A stretch of DNA of 64,000 nucleotides from Moniliella sp. 'wahieum' (Eukaryota): positions 310,001-374,000 of the forward strand of contig RSEE01000026.1 of assembly GCA_003971905.1 (NCBI GenBank), read 5' to 3'. The notes below the pieces were generated by a model. It was not told the origin of the DNA and did no database searches. It saw nothing but the letters and a program-made list of their open reading frames with translations. Shown here in pieces: positions 38,144-50,438 of the stretch (positions within the stretch are counted from its first letter, which is position 1; each line of letters begins with the position of its first letter). A program made the position numbers and the translations under genes.

Positions 38144-40929
38144 TTAACGCGTCTCCAGGGTGGAAGCACGGGCACCCATGATGTCCACCAGCCGCTTGAC
38201 ACCAAACCACCAAGCGTTCTTACCCGTCCGAAGCTTCATGTCAGCTTCCCGGGCCATTTCCCGCGCTGTGGTCATTTGGATCGAGGAACCACGGATCTGA
38301 TGATGGCAGCTGACGATGGGTCGAAGGGCTCATCGGTCAGACGCTGTTGGGCACGGTAAATCTCAGCCTCTGCATCGGCCTCCGAGTTCTCCTCAATCTC
38401 CCGCATCGCCTCCTCGGTGGGTTTGGTCCAAGCTTCGTTCAAAGCAAGCTCGGGACGAGCCTTACCCTCGAGCCATTGGCAGCAGCGCAGCGCGAGGCGT
38501 AGCACGGCACCGGTCCAGAGGGGAAGGTGTGCCACCTTGCAAAGTGTGACCGAGCGAAGCAGAGCGAGCGTCAAAGAAGGGATGGCCTTCTTCTTTGAAG
38601 ATGTTGGTGAGAACATCTGTTGTGTACACCTTGCTGGCATGATCGTTGCGGAGCACAGACGACCTCGGACCTACCCGGCTGGTCCAAACTGTAACGCTTC
38701 TTGAGCCAGTCCACGTCCTTCTGCAGCTGCTGCAGGGTCAAACCCACTTCAGGAACGTAGGTGAGAGACGCATCGGTGGCCAAGCCGCCAAGCACAGCCA
38801 AGTACCCGCAATTGCCTCCCTGGGTCTCCCACCACAAACACACGGTTCCGACGCCCGAGCCGACTGCTTAATCGCATCGCACGCCTGAACCAGGGCATTG
38901 AGAGAGGTGTCACATCCAAGGGAGAAGTCGTTAAGCGGAAATTGTTGCTGAGTGTGGCGGGGATGGCAACAAGGGGAATGCGGAAGGCAGGGTACTGTCC
39001 CCGCGCGTCATCCATCAGTTTGACTGCATGGAACGCCTCAAAGCCACCAATGATCATCAAACCATTGAGATCATGGTACTGCAACTTGCTTGCCACCGCC
39101 CCATAATCCACCGACGGCAGCACACGGTTGGTACCCAATTCAGATCCACCACGGATGGTCCAGTTGTCGACGCGGAGCCAGTCAAACTCCTGCACATTGT
39201 CCTCCAACAAGCCCGGGAAGCCGTTGGAGATCAAGACGGGGACATGACCGCGAGCGACAAAGTACCGGACCATGGTCCGCGTCGCCGCGTTCATCCCACC
39301 TGCCGGGCGCCAATGTGCATGATGCCCACCCGCATCCGACTTTGCTCGTCCACCTTCGTAGCAGGATTGATCTCAGAAATGTACTTCCAAGCGGCCAGGT
39401 CCTCAGCAAAGGTCTCGCCGCGGGCCTTGAGTGCGTCTCCAAACCGCTTCTCCGAAATGGCTTCGGCCAAGCCTTGGTCTGCTCAATCGCATACTTGAGC
39501 GGTACACGGATAATTTTGTTTTCCCGCGTGCCAATCACGTACGACGGCGTCTCGGGCGTAGCCTCAAGCAAAGCCTTGACCGCTTCAACAGCCTGGAGGG
39601 TAGACAGGACACGGTCGTTGGCATCAGGGCTCCCACCACGCTGGGTATGACCCAGGGTGGTAACACGCGTGTCGAGACCAAGTTTGTCGGTCGGTCAGGA
39701 CCTGGGCAATGTCGGAGGATTTGATCGGGTTGAGGTTCTTGTCAATCGCACCCTCGGCGACAATGACAATGGTCTTGCGCTTGCCAGCTTCACGGTGCTT
39801 CTGCAGCACGCGGCACATTTCCTGGGCCCAGCCGTGCTCTCCCTCTTCGCCACCCTCTGCTTCGGTATCGTTGCACAACGGCGGCTGTTCTGGGATGAAA
39901 ATGTAATCGGCACCGGTAGCGATGGCACATTGGAGTGCGATCCAGCCACAGTTGCGCCCCATCACCTCCACCACGAACGCACGCGAGTGGGAAGCAGCGG
40001 TGGAAGAGATCGAGTCGACCGCCTCGCACGCACGAGTGAGAGCAGTGGAGCAACCAATCGTCATGTCCGTGGTGGCCAAGTCATTGTCGATCGATCGACC
40101 AAGCCAACGATACGAAGGTGCTTGAACTTGTCGTACTGCACTTGGGTGATTTTGCCTTCGGCAAGCAGCGCACTCACGTGGTCTGGCCACTCTTGCGCAG
40201 AATGTCGGTGCCAGACTGCATCAAACCATCACCCACCACGGCAAGACAGTCAATCCCATGAGAAATGAGATTGAACGCAGCTTGCCGGCGGTACTCGGCT
40301 TGGCGGAACTCGAGGCAGCGAGCGGTACCAATCAGGGTTCCACCCTAGGGAACAGTGTCAGTGCATCAGTGCATAATTGGAAAAAGGCGAGAATTGAATG
40401 TTGAACGTACCTGCTCGGACCAGCCACGCACGTCGTCCCAACCAACGCGAATGATGTACCGGCCCTTGAGCCCAGTGTCTGGGCTCCCCCAACACCCTCG
40501 CGGAGAAGCTCGCCGTAGCCATAGGTGGGCACAAAGCGCTGGTGTCGGTGGTGCTTTTCCAAAGGGAAGGGGTAGGCAGCGCCCCCGCCAATCGAGAGGT
40601 TAGGCATGTGATGGTCCCATCCTGCATAGGTGCTGGGGGTCATCGCGGGACTGGGGATGGTCGACTGTGCAGGGGTCGCTTGAGGGGTAGCCTGAGCGGT
40701 GACGGGCTCGGCCTTGGTGTTTCCCTGGACCAGACCCGACAGACCCTCGCGAATGACATAGGCTTCACAGCCCTTGTAGATGGCGAACTTGACCACTGCG
40801 CGCACGGCCGCGTTCATGCCGGCGGCATCGCCGCCCGAGGTCATGACGGCGATGCGGGTCTTCTTGGGGTGGGCTTGCGCCCGCGCTGGGCGCAGCCGAA
40901 CCAGAATGGCTCTTGGTGTGTAACGACAT
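38144..40929 (-). CDS. PFK1: 6-phosphofructokinase (eukaryotic two-domain type)
   Basis: [90 protein letters not shown]; intron about 40345-40410. Confidence 0.95.
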
Positions 40930-43088
40930 GGTGTGGATAGAGACAGATGTAGGTCGTGAGCCTCTGGGACAAAAAGCCCACAAGAAGCGCCGGCAGCGGG
41001 TTATAAAAAGCCAGCCGGCGAACGGACCACCTGGGAAGTGGGTCCAGTCAGACACTGCCCCCCTGCGCCCAGGCTGAATCAAATTGAGCTCGGCTGGGCT
41101 GGACACAGGCCACGTGCCTGGCGCAGAGCAGGTCGGCTGGGCTCCCAGCTATTAGACATTCGATCCTCGCTCCACCTTCTCAGCAGCCACACCTCTGCAA
41201 CTTCTCAGCTCACCAGCATCACACCTGCCGCTGCGCTTCAAGCTTCAATCCAGATCCCAAATTGCTGACCCCAGCCCAGCAGCACCCAGCACCCAGCACC
41301 CAGTGCCCAGTGCCCAGCCCTCCGTCATCTTGTACCTTGTGTAACACAGCTGCTTTGCAAGGCACAGCCCCAGCGAGAGTGCTATTACTGCGAGTACTGA
41401 GGAGCTAGCTATTCAGTTGCTTGTTGTGGTCGTCTCAGCTCCCGCTCTTCCCTTGATTCGTCTGGCAGGTATTCGAGCCTACGCTGTATGTTCAAACGGG
41501 AGGTGTGGTTAGGGGAGGCTATTATAGTAGCAGTGCACAGGCGCCCACTCTCAGACTCCCTTTGATCCTGCGAAAGCCAAAAACAAGTTGATGATACACC
41601 GAGTAGGGAGATGGCAGCGTCTCCCCTACTAAGTGCATAACATCACCCAGGCGTAGTCCCTCCCACATGCTGCATGAGTACTGAGTAGAGGCCCCTGTCT
41701 CGCCCATATGGCATGCATCCGGTCTCGGCGTCGCATATCCTGTGTGCACCGCGCGGAGGACGGCAAAGCCTTCTCAAGTTGAAGCTTCAAGGTTCGGTTT
41801 GGGTCCCAGTGTGAGCGCGTGAGGGGGGGATCAAATTCTCGAGGAGTGCGTGGTGGACAGACTGGCTCGGGCTGGAGCTGCTGGGCGTAGCATGTCAGTT
41901 GGCTCGAGGGAGGCTGAAGCTAGTCAAGCTAGTCAAGCTTCAAGTCGGACGACTGGAGGCGTCACACTGCGGCAGTGGCTGTACGTAGAGTTTGACCAGC
42001 GACTGATCTGAATCAGGCTGATCACTGGTCGATCACTGACCACCGGACAACTTGCCAGCGGCTTCGTTCGGGCCGAGTCACGTGCGCACGTTATACGTGC
42101 TACTACACTGTGAGCTCCGTGGTTTGGGTAGGCTCTCAATGTGACTTTCGACACGACGGTCAGCGCGCTCAGCGCGGTCGGCGCGACACGATGCAGCACT
42201 TTCTATTCAAAAGTCAAACTACGTCATGCGACTGACGAGGACGGAAGGCCGGGCGTTCCCTATAGCATTCCTTCGGGGAAGGGTCGTCATTACAGCGACC
42301 ACATCCCAGTATCACCTGTGGTGTATTGGGGACACTCGCTTATTAGCTCCGCAAACGTCAACGCCGACTCATCCCTATCCAATGTTCAACGGTGTTCCTC
42401 CCTATACTGGTGCTTATGGCTTGTTACCGGTTACCCCGTTATCATTTCTGCTCAGCATCGCTGACCCATACGTCGTGCAAGAGGCTTTCGTCCAGAATGG
42501 AGTTAAAGCGGTTTTGCTGGACACGCTCCAGTCGTCATAATGTGCCGCACTATCTGTAAAACGCTCCTATGGCTTATTGCAACTGTTGTCGCGAAATCAA
42601 CGAGGAGATAAAAGCAACAACAATATCATGATGATTCCCTCCTGGCAGGGGGAAGATGTCTCTGTCCGAGAAAAGATGGGAGCGGGTTGCCAACTCAACT
42701 TCGCGTCGGGAATGTGCCAAAAGCCGAAATGAAAGCGGTGGGCTGTGACGGTATGTTGAGGCGCATCCTCCCAGGGAAAGGAGACGGCCGGCACAACGAA
42801 GAAGGAGAGCAGCATTCAGTGTCAACGGCACACAGTACGAGAATGCGTAGCCGTGTACAATTCAGTGATGAGAAGTGAACAATAATCAGAGGCACAAGAA
42901 CAAGGCCATAGCATATGGCTGGGCATATGATGCACGCGTGCGAGGCGGGATGGTCCCTTGCATTCCCCTCGGTCGCCACGCATACAGAGATTGGAGTATT
43001 GGGTAACGGTACATGAAAAAGAAATACGGGATGAGAGAGAGGGTCGAACGATCAAAGCATGGTGCGGAGGCCGTGCCGGCAAAGACCT

Positions 43089-43232
43089 TTATGCCCGCTC
43101 GGCGTAGCGCAAACTCGAGTTGCACATTGGGCACCAACTCTGGCTTCCACTCGCGACGATCCTGCACTCGGGGTTGGGGCAACGGACAGGCTCGCTACCG
43201 TGGTTGACCATAGGCTGATGGGAGCAAGTCAT
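43089..43232 (-). CDS. Putative 47-aa zinc-ribbon microprotein
   Basis: MTCSHQPMVNHGSEPVRCPNPECRIVASGSQSWCPMCNSSLRYAERA; GCCATG start context; 5'UTR intron 43297-43348; TATATAAAG at about 43474-43482. Confidence 0.5.
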   Translation of the reverse strand: MTCSHQPMVNHGSEPVRCPNPECRIVASGSQSWCPMCNSSLRYAERA

Positions 43233-45072
43233 GGCAAAGTGCGACGAAAGGTTTGACGAGGGTGTGTGAGAGGGGACGACGGTGCAGTAAGAGCAACTAG
43301 AATGGGAGCCGTCAGTTGATGCAATACTGGAGAGCATCAGGAGCATACGAACAGAGATGGCGCGATGGTCAAGCGGCAAGGGCGGTGCAAGAGAGAGGGA
43401 GGGAGACAGCCGGAGAGGGACGGTGGCAGGGGCGATGTAGGAGGGGAGGGGATGTGGAAAGCAGCCCCCACCGCTTTATATAGCTGTTGGGAGTGCGGGT
43501 GGCGCGGTATTGGCACGAATGAGACTTGGCATATGGCGTGTGCGTGACGCCAGTGGATGTGGATGGGCCGCGAGCCAGGACGAAGGACGGGGGAGCTACT
43601 GGGAGCCAGGCTGAAGCAGGGCTGAGCGGCTGAGCGGCGCTGAGCGGCTGAGCGCTGGAGCGCTGGATGCGGCAGCTGAATATGGAATGGCGAATGGATG
43701 ACTCGATGACGGGCGCCCAGCAAGCAGCAAGGCACACCAGCCGATCACCCACCCATCACGCGCAGCCCAACACCCAATGCACACTCTGGCGCGCGCCAGT
43801 GTAGATGCTGGGTTGGCGGGGGTGCCTATGGTCCCTGGGGGGTATAAAGCCGACAGCTGATATTGCTGCTGCGGGGGGGCACTGGTCCGCGCATCAGCAG
43901 CGCGGCGAGTGAGACAGGATGACGTGGGGGTGTAGCAGAGGGGCAGTGCATCACCGGTCCCCTGCTTGCGCACGCGCTGGGAAGGGCAAGCGACACACTG
44001 CCCTTTTGGCCTTTGCTTTGGCCGGGACCGGGGGCCATCAATCAGATCATCGTCAGCGCTTCAGCCACTGTGGGGACCGATGACGATGATCGATGAGATC
44101 GATGATCCCCGGAGAGGGTGTGAATCACAAGGTCACCGGTCACATGGTCACACGTCAACGCGTCAGCGCTCCGCTTGAGCGCGCTGAGGCGCTGAGGCTC
44201 AGCAGCGGCTCAGCGTCTCGGGGATGGCCGGGGCGCGACAGGCATGTCCTGGACAAACATACGCGCATCCGCCAAGCCGCATTCCAGGCGTCCGGCACCC
44301 GGAGCTGCTTGTGACTCGCCTCGCCCGAACAGCTGTGTGGCAAGCCACCCTACTACGTGGCATGCGTGTCACCAATCACCGTCATTCACCGTTTCGCATC
44401 ACACGTCGCACATCACCCGCTACTTATCGTCACCGTCACATGTCACACTTAAACCGCTCCGCCACCATCACGCGCGCTTCCTCTGCCATTGCTTCCACAT
44501 CTATAGCCACTCTTAGATCTTACCACAGATATGAGGCTCATCTCGTTTTTTTCAGCTCTCAACTGTGTGTGTGTCCTTGGGCGGCGTGAAAGGAAAGGGG
44601 ATGGCTGGAACGTATTGCGTAGCAGTTGCCTCATCCTCTCCATCATCGAATCCACGAGCCCAGCCCATTCACACCAATCTTCAAGCTTCACTGTAATAGC
44701 CCAGCTCACACCCACATACTCTCTACTTTTGCTGCCAGCTTCGATCCTGGCCCCCCAACATACACCGAGAGAAGAGGGCACAACAGATCTCATCAATCTT
44801 ATTCATCTCCACACGCCTTATCTTCCCAGAGATATTACGCGGCGGCTGTTATCGATATGCCATCTACGCCACCGCCCCAGATCTTTAGATCGATTAGAGC
44901 CTGAGCGTCTCAGCTCTCTTTTGCAAGGAGACATAATCATCAACGACGATTCAGGGGAACTACAGGAGGACATCGTGACATCCTTCTCTCTTGCACCATG
45001 CTTCGGTTTAACGTTTTCTAAATGACTTTAAGCCTCCAGATTCATGCAATTCATGAGCGCACGAACCTTTCC

Positions 45073-45155
45073 TCAAGCTTCAAGCTTCAAGGAAGCTTCA
45101 CATGCCACAAAGCTTTAAGCTCTTCAAGCTTCAAGCTTCAAGCTTCACATGTCAC
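45073..45155. repeat. Imperfect (TCAAGCT)n array
   Basis: Copies at 45073, 45080, 45124, 45131, 45138, followed by TCACATG. Confidence 0.9.
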
Positions 45156-46161
45156 AGGCACAGTTTTTGGAATAAGCTTCAGTTAAAGACTTGTTTTGTG
45201 GAGCTGAACCTGTCAAACTAAAGTGCATTGTACACGTAGCCTGGCCGAACCTCACCCGTCATGCATCCCATCCCCCAACCAACGAGTCTCCCCCAGCTCT
45301 CTCAGATCTCAGATCTATCAGCTCTCTCACAGATCTCAACGCTGCTCCTCAGGGGGATGGGGTTATGCCGGTTATGTGTTAGACGGTATGCGTTAGGCCT
45401 TAGGTCTTACAGTTGAAGCGCCCAGCGCACCACTCTAATGTGTTGATAACCCCTTCAAGCTTAGTGCCATCAAAATTTTGAACGCCTAACCCCTGTCGGG
45501 CACAACCCAGGTCGCAATAGTCCGAAGCAGACCGCTTCGTCGGTGAGGTTATCTTGACTCGGAAGACAAGCTCTCCAGATATCAGTGTATCATGTATCAG
45601 GTCTCGATCTCATCAGTATTCGGTCTGAGAGTACTCAGTCTCAGGACTCAGGACTCACTGGTCACTAGCACTCCAGTCATTAGAATGACGATCAAGCTCT
45701 GTAAGGCCTGCTGCATCAAGCTTTCACCACTCTTCCTTCTCGGCCCGCCCATACCCGGCGCCCAAGCGGGTACCCTCGGGGGGGTATGATAGGCCGTCAG
45801 CCAGCCAAGGACTGGGCATATCTTATCAGCTTCAGGCTAGGGAAATGATAGTGCGAGAGCAATAGAACGGCGTGGGTTCCGGCAGATGAGAGGTTGGGTA
45901 CATGAACGAAAAGCAGCCCTAGACAGCCACGAGGAATTGCAGTGCCCCCATATCGTCCGACCGGAGCAACTCAAGAGACAGGGGTTCAACCAAGTCGAAG
46001 TAGGCACGTGGAGGCTTCGGAGGGCAAATAAGTGGCCAAGGGTGACATGGTGACATGTGATATGGCCTAAAGCGCTGTGGCCTACGTACGGGGCTACAGG
46101 TCCCACCACCCCAACAGGGGAACTGGGGCATTGGTGCCAATAAAAGTTCCCATCAGTTCTT

Positions 46162-47289
46162 TCAAAGGTCACCACGAGGTCCCGCGATACGCTCCGATGC
46201 TCGCAGCAGCAGTTTAGGAAGCACCTGTACAGGAGAAAAAAGGTCAGTTCTACTCGCGCCCAAATGAAAGACGAAATGCGACGCACATTGTACTCGGGTC
46301 CCAGAATCTGGACCATGATAAAGTAAAAAAGCAAAAGGACAGTGGCGACAAATACAACCGGTGCCCGTGAGTAAATGTCCTTCCACACCAATCCCGATGC
46401 CTTCTCTCCATTGCGCCAATGCTCCCACGTGTCGCTCCCCGGTTCGAGGCGGGACATGCGCACATTCCACTCGATCATCTTTTGGGACGGCAGATGGTAG
46501 ACGGTTAATGTAGGTGCGGCAATAATGTTGAGTTTGCTAGCCAGGTGAACACGGGAAAAGGGGCGGAGATAGGCTTCACCCGACGTGTCGGTCCTGGACA
46601 GGGATTCATCAATGTCCGTCTCGCCCCCCAACAGGAAGTCCTCGCCATTGTACAGGGCAGAGTTGTCCGATTCCTCCTCCGCTGGCTGGTCGGACGAGCC
46701 ATCGTTCCAAACCATGGATACCCACGGCTTGCCCCGCACCCCGGCCTTGTACCACGCCTCGTCCACATCCACACTTACATAGATCACTTTGAACCCATGG
46801 GGGTGGGCACGACAAAATTCGGAAATGCGCTGTTGGCTCGGTACCGCGTTAGCCCCCACTCACCACCACCCCGCTGCGGCATTCCAACCCCAACCCCAGC
46901 CGTTCCACTGGCACCTCCCTCCAACCTGCCCGACGTACCTGATGATACTCCTTGAGCGGCTGCCCGGCCCACTCGGAGGAGAAGTAAAACCCGACGCACT
47001 TGACATCCGAATCAAAGTACGTGCGCAAGTTGATGGGCTTACCCGACGAATGAACAAGGCGTAAGCGCCGCAACAGAGGATCCGAGTGCTGAAACTGTTC
47101 CGAAGCAGGCAGCTTGCGGTAATCCTTGGCGCGAGGTTTGAGCGCACTGCGCAGCGGCGTAGTACCCGCACTGGAAGGTGTACTGACCGGGGCCGGGGCA
47201 GCCGGCCCACCCTCCTTCTCCTGTTGCTCTGGCTTGTCCGACTCGTCGAGGTGGAAGGACACGTTGCGCTTGGACGCGGTGCTGGCCAT
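46162..47289 (-). CDS. Nucleoredoxin/tryparedoxin-like thioredoxin-fold protein lacking CxxC, with a C-terminal membrane anchor
   Basis: KCVGFYFSSEWAGQP, FKVIYVSVD, KPWVSM, IIAAPTLTVY; introns about 46831-46938 and 46228-46284; hydrophobic PVVFVATVLLLFYFIMVQI. Confidence 0.7.
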
Positions 47290-48098
47290 GACACAAACCA
47301 ACAAGCCGTGGAGCAAGGAGATCAAGTGGTGCGCCGCGCGCGCGGTAACGAACGTTTGACGCTTCGGCCGATTTGGCGAGCAAGTGCCATGCCGGCCGCT
47401 TCACCGGCCGGGCCGCCGTGTCCAACCAGGAGCTCCTTAGCCCCTTAGCTAATCCAAAGACGGTGGGTTGATTTTACATTTCAACGCTCAACGTTCAACT
47501 TGAACGTTCAACCGTTCAACTGGCTCGCCTCAGTAACCTCAGGCTGAGGGCCCCAGCCTCAGCTGATCACAAACTCGCTCACGTGGTAAAGCGATGATCT
47601 CCACAGACGCTCCTTGGGCACTTGCAGGGCGAGACTGATAAGCGAGGATCTACACAGCCACGCCAATCCAACCACCACGTTCATGTGCCGGCGGTATATC
47701 GGTGGCTCGTCTGGGCTTTGGGCAGGGGTCATTCGATTCGTGTATGAAGCGCGATCTGAGGAACCATTTGGCGTCGCAAACACTTTGGCAAGCCGTAGGA
47801 GAGACGGTGTGCGCCCAAGAACGGGAAAAGAAGAAATACAGAGGCACCCACAACCATCATACTAACGTCCAACATGGGTGCACAGCCATGAAAGAGGTGA
47901 ACCGGGGAAGGGAGACAGACAGACGGGGGGAAGAACAGAACAGAGGGGAGGGAGAAACGACGAGAGAGAGAGAAAAAGTCCAAGAGACGGGTGCGAGGTG
48001 CAAAAGAGTCCATGGGAACTGAGTATTGAGAGCTCGATAGATGCCGAATGATTCATGACCTGGGACACGAGCCATGAGTCTTACCAACAGCCATAAAT

Positions 48099-49269
48099 TC
48101 AACACCTAGCGGGGCGACGGCGCGTCGGGTGTGCCGTACCCTCATCCCCTCCGGGTCCGAGAGGGGGTGTTTTCCAACGGGTTGTCATCGTTCCCATGCG
48201 ACGTGGACAGTGAGTGCGACTTGAAGACCGAGTCATCGTCCCGGTAGGGAGCTTGGTAGTGAACGTACGATGTGAAATCTTCGTCGCTGCTCGCGCCGAT
48301 GTCATCGCGGTACGCACGGTACGGCACGTCGCGCGACAAGCGGCCGCCGGGACGAGTAGGGCGACCACGCTGGGACCGCTGTCGTCCAGCTCGCGTCGCC
48401 AGGCGCGCCGAGTTCTGTCTCCCCAGATCAGCTTGCCCATCGTCCTCCGCGTCACGCGAGCGCGAGTAGCGCAACGAATTGCCGCGCCCAATCGACTGGA
48501 CCCGCCGAGCACCCGAGAGGGTGCGATGCATCCCTGCCTCTTCGCTGTGGCGCGGGCCAGCGGGATCGAGAGGCGTGTCCGGGTAGGAGGAACTGCCATG
48601 GGGTTGGTGACGGGGCGCTACTGCGGCGACCGGGCCGCGGGAATAGCGGGAATGACGCTTGGGGTCGCGCGTTGCCGGTGGAGGGCCCTGGGTTGGCCGG
48701 AGGGATGAAGAGCGGTGCTCCCGCTTGGGGTGGGTAGGGTTGTAGTGTGCATACTCGGTCCCACCAAGGGGAGCCGCACTGGAAAGTAACGGTTCCACAA
48801 AGAACTGTCGGCTGGAGGTAGGGAGTTGGAGGAGCTTCCACCGGGAGTACGAGAGTGTGGGGGCTGGGTGCAGACAGGGAGTCCAAGGTGGCAAATTTGC
48901 CTTGCGGCAGCCCAGAGAGGGCGGGCGTGTGCAGCCCGCTCGATGGAGGCTGGTGCGAGCAAAGGGCAAAACGGCCTCGCGGGCAGGAGCACTGGTGCGG
49001 GCCAGGATGTGGCTGAGGCCGATCAGACCAAAGAAGAGGACAACAAGACCGACCAGAAGCGCGACGATAAAGATGAGGTTGATGCTGGAACGGCCATCCC
49101 AGGTCCAGACGCGGCTACCGTGGACCTCCTTGTGGGTGTAGGCAACGTAGTCGGTTGAGGTGGCAAGGGCCGAGGCGTGGCTGCCGCTGGGGAGGGAGGA
49201 GGCGGAGTGCGAGGAGGGGGAGGCGCGGGCAGCCAGCTGGAGCAGCTGGGTCGCACGCAGCGCAGGCAT
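48099..49269 (-). CDS. Hypothetical single-pass membrane protein
   Basis: Long ORF from ATG 49269 with hydrophobic INLIFIVALLVGLVVLFFGLIGL, then a low-complexity tail. Confidence 0.5.
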
Positions 49270-50438
49270 GGTGGCGCGGGCGGGGCTGGACGCAGCGCGC
49301 GAGAGAAAGAAAGCGGGCGCGGGGGGAGTGGAGGTGAGGTGGGGGTGAGGAGAGGCAGGGCAGCACAGGGTGGCCGAGCGGAGAGTGGTGCGCCCACGCG
49401 AGCCAAGGGGACTGGGCCAGGCGAGCCGAACGTCGATCGTCCTCCGGAGGGACTGCGAGTACGGAGTACGGAGTACAGAGTACTAATACTGAGTACCTGA
49501 GCGCATTGAATTCGAGCCTCCGAACGAAGCGGCTGGCCCGTAAGCGTAGTCAGCGCTGAGGCGCTGAGGCCTGAGGCTGAGCTCAGCGGAGCGCTGCGCC
49601 TGAGCAGGTCGGTCTCCTGATCTCATGCATGGTGCCTGAGACTGTGACACGTGACGCGTGACGCGTGACGCCTCCGCCGGAGGCCGGAGCGCCTGAGCGC
49701 CTGAGCCTTAAGCATAAGACTTGTAGCTTAACGCGTACCACTATCACTAGTCACTAGTCACTAGTCACATGGTGCAGCATGCAGCATGCACCACAGTGGC
49801 AAGACGGCAGTGCGGTAGGTGAAATGTTAATGTTACCGACCTTGCCGCAGGAGGTGACTGTCACAGCGAGGGTGATTGCATGAAGCCGTGCACTGCCGGG
49901 TGGCGCCTGTGATGCGCCTGTGATGCATGATGCAGGTGCCAGCTGGGCTGGGCTGGGGCGCTGGCAGGCCATATGCATCGCCAACTTAACCAGCGCCGGT
50001 GCAGCGGTGCCACCGCGCTGCGTGCTGGCGCAGCGCCCGCGGTACAATCGTCAAGCGTAACGCGTAAGCTGAACGTTCAGAAAGTTCAGAATTGAACTGT
50101 TCAATCATCTGGTGATGCGGAGGCCGGTGCCGCCTGCCCCCAGTGCTCATTCCGCTAATTCCGCCGGCTGGGGTAAACGTTAAACATCTAAAGCGCATTT
50201 CAATTGCAGTTTCCGCCGCGTGCACGGCCCGCAGTCCACGTCACACGGGCGCCGTGCTGGGGCGTGCGTGGTGACGAGCTCAGCGCAGCGCTCAGGCTGA
50301 GCTCAGCCTCAGCGCTCCGCTGGCCCAGGCGGGCTGCGCATGCAGGGGGACACTGCTGTCTTGCGCTCGCACCGCAGTCCTTCAGCAGCCTGGTTCTCTG
50401 CTCTCGGCGGCCTGCCTCGGCCTCTGCTCTCCCCCACC

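Noticed and set aside
4977..40929. Glycolytic gene cluster (PYK plus PFK)
   Set aside because: The genes are over 30 kb apart with many unrelated genes between them
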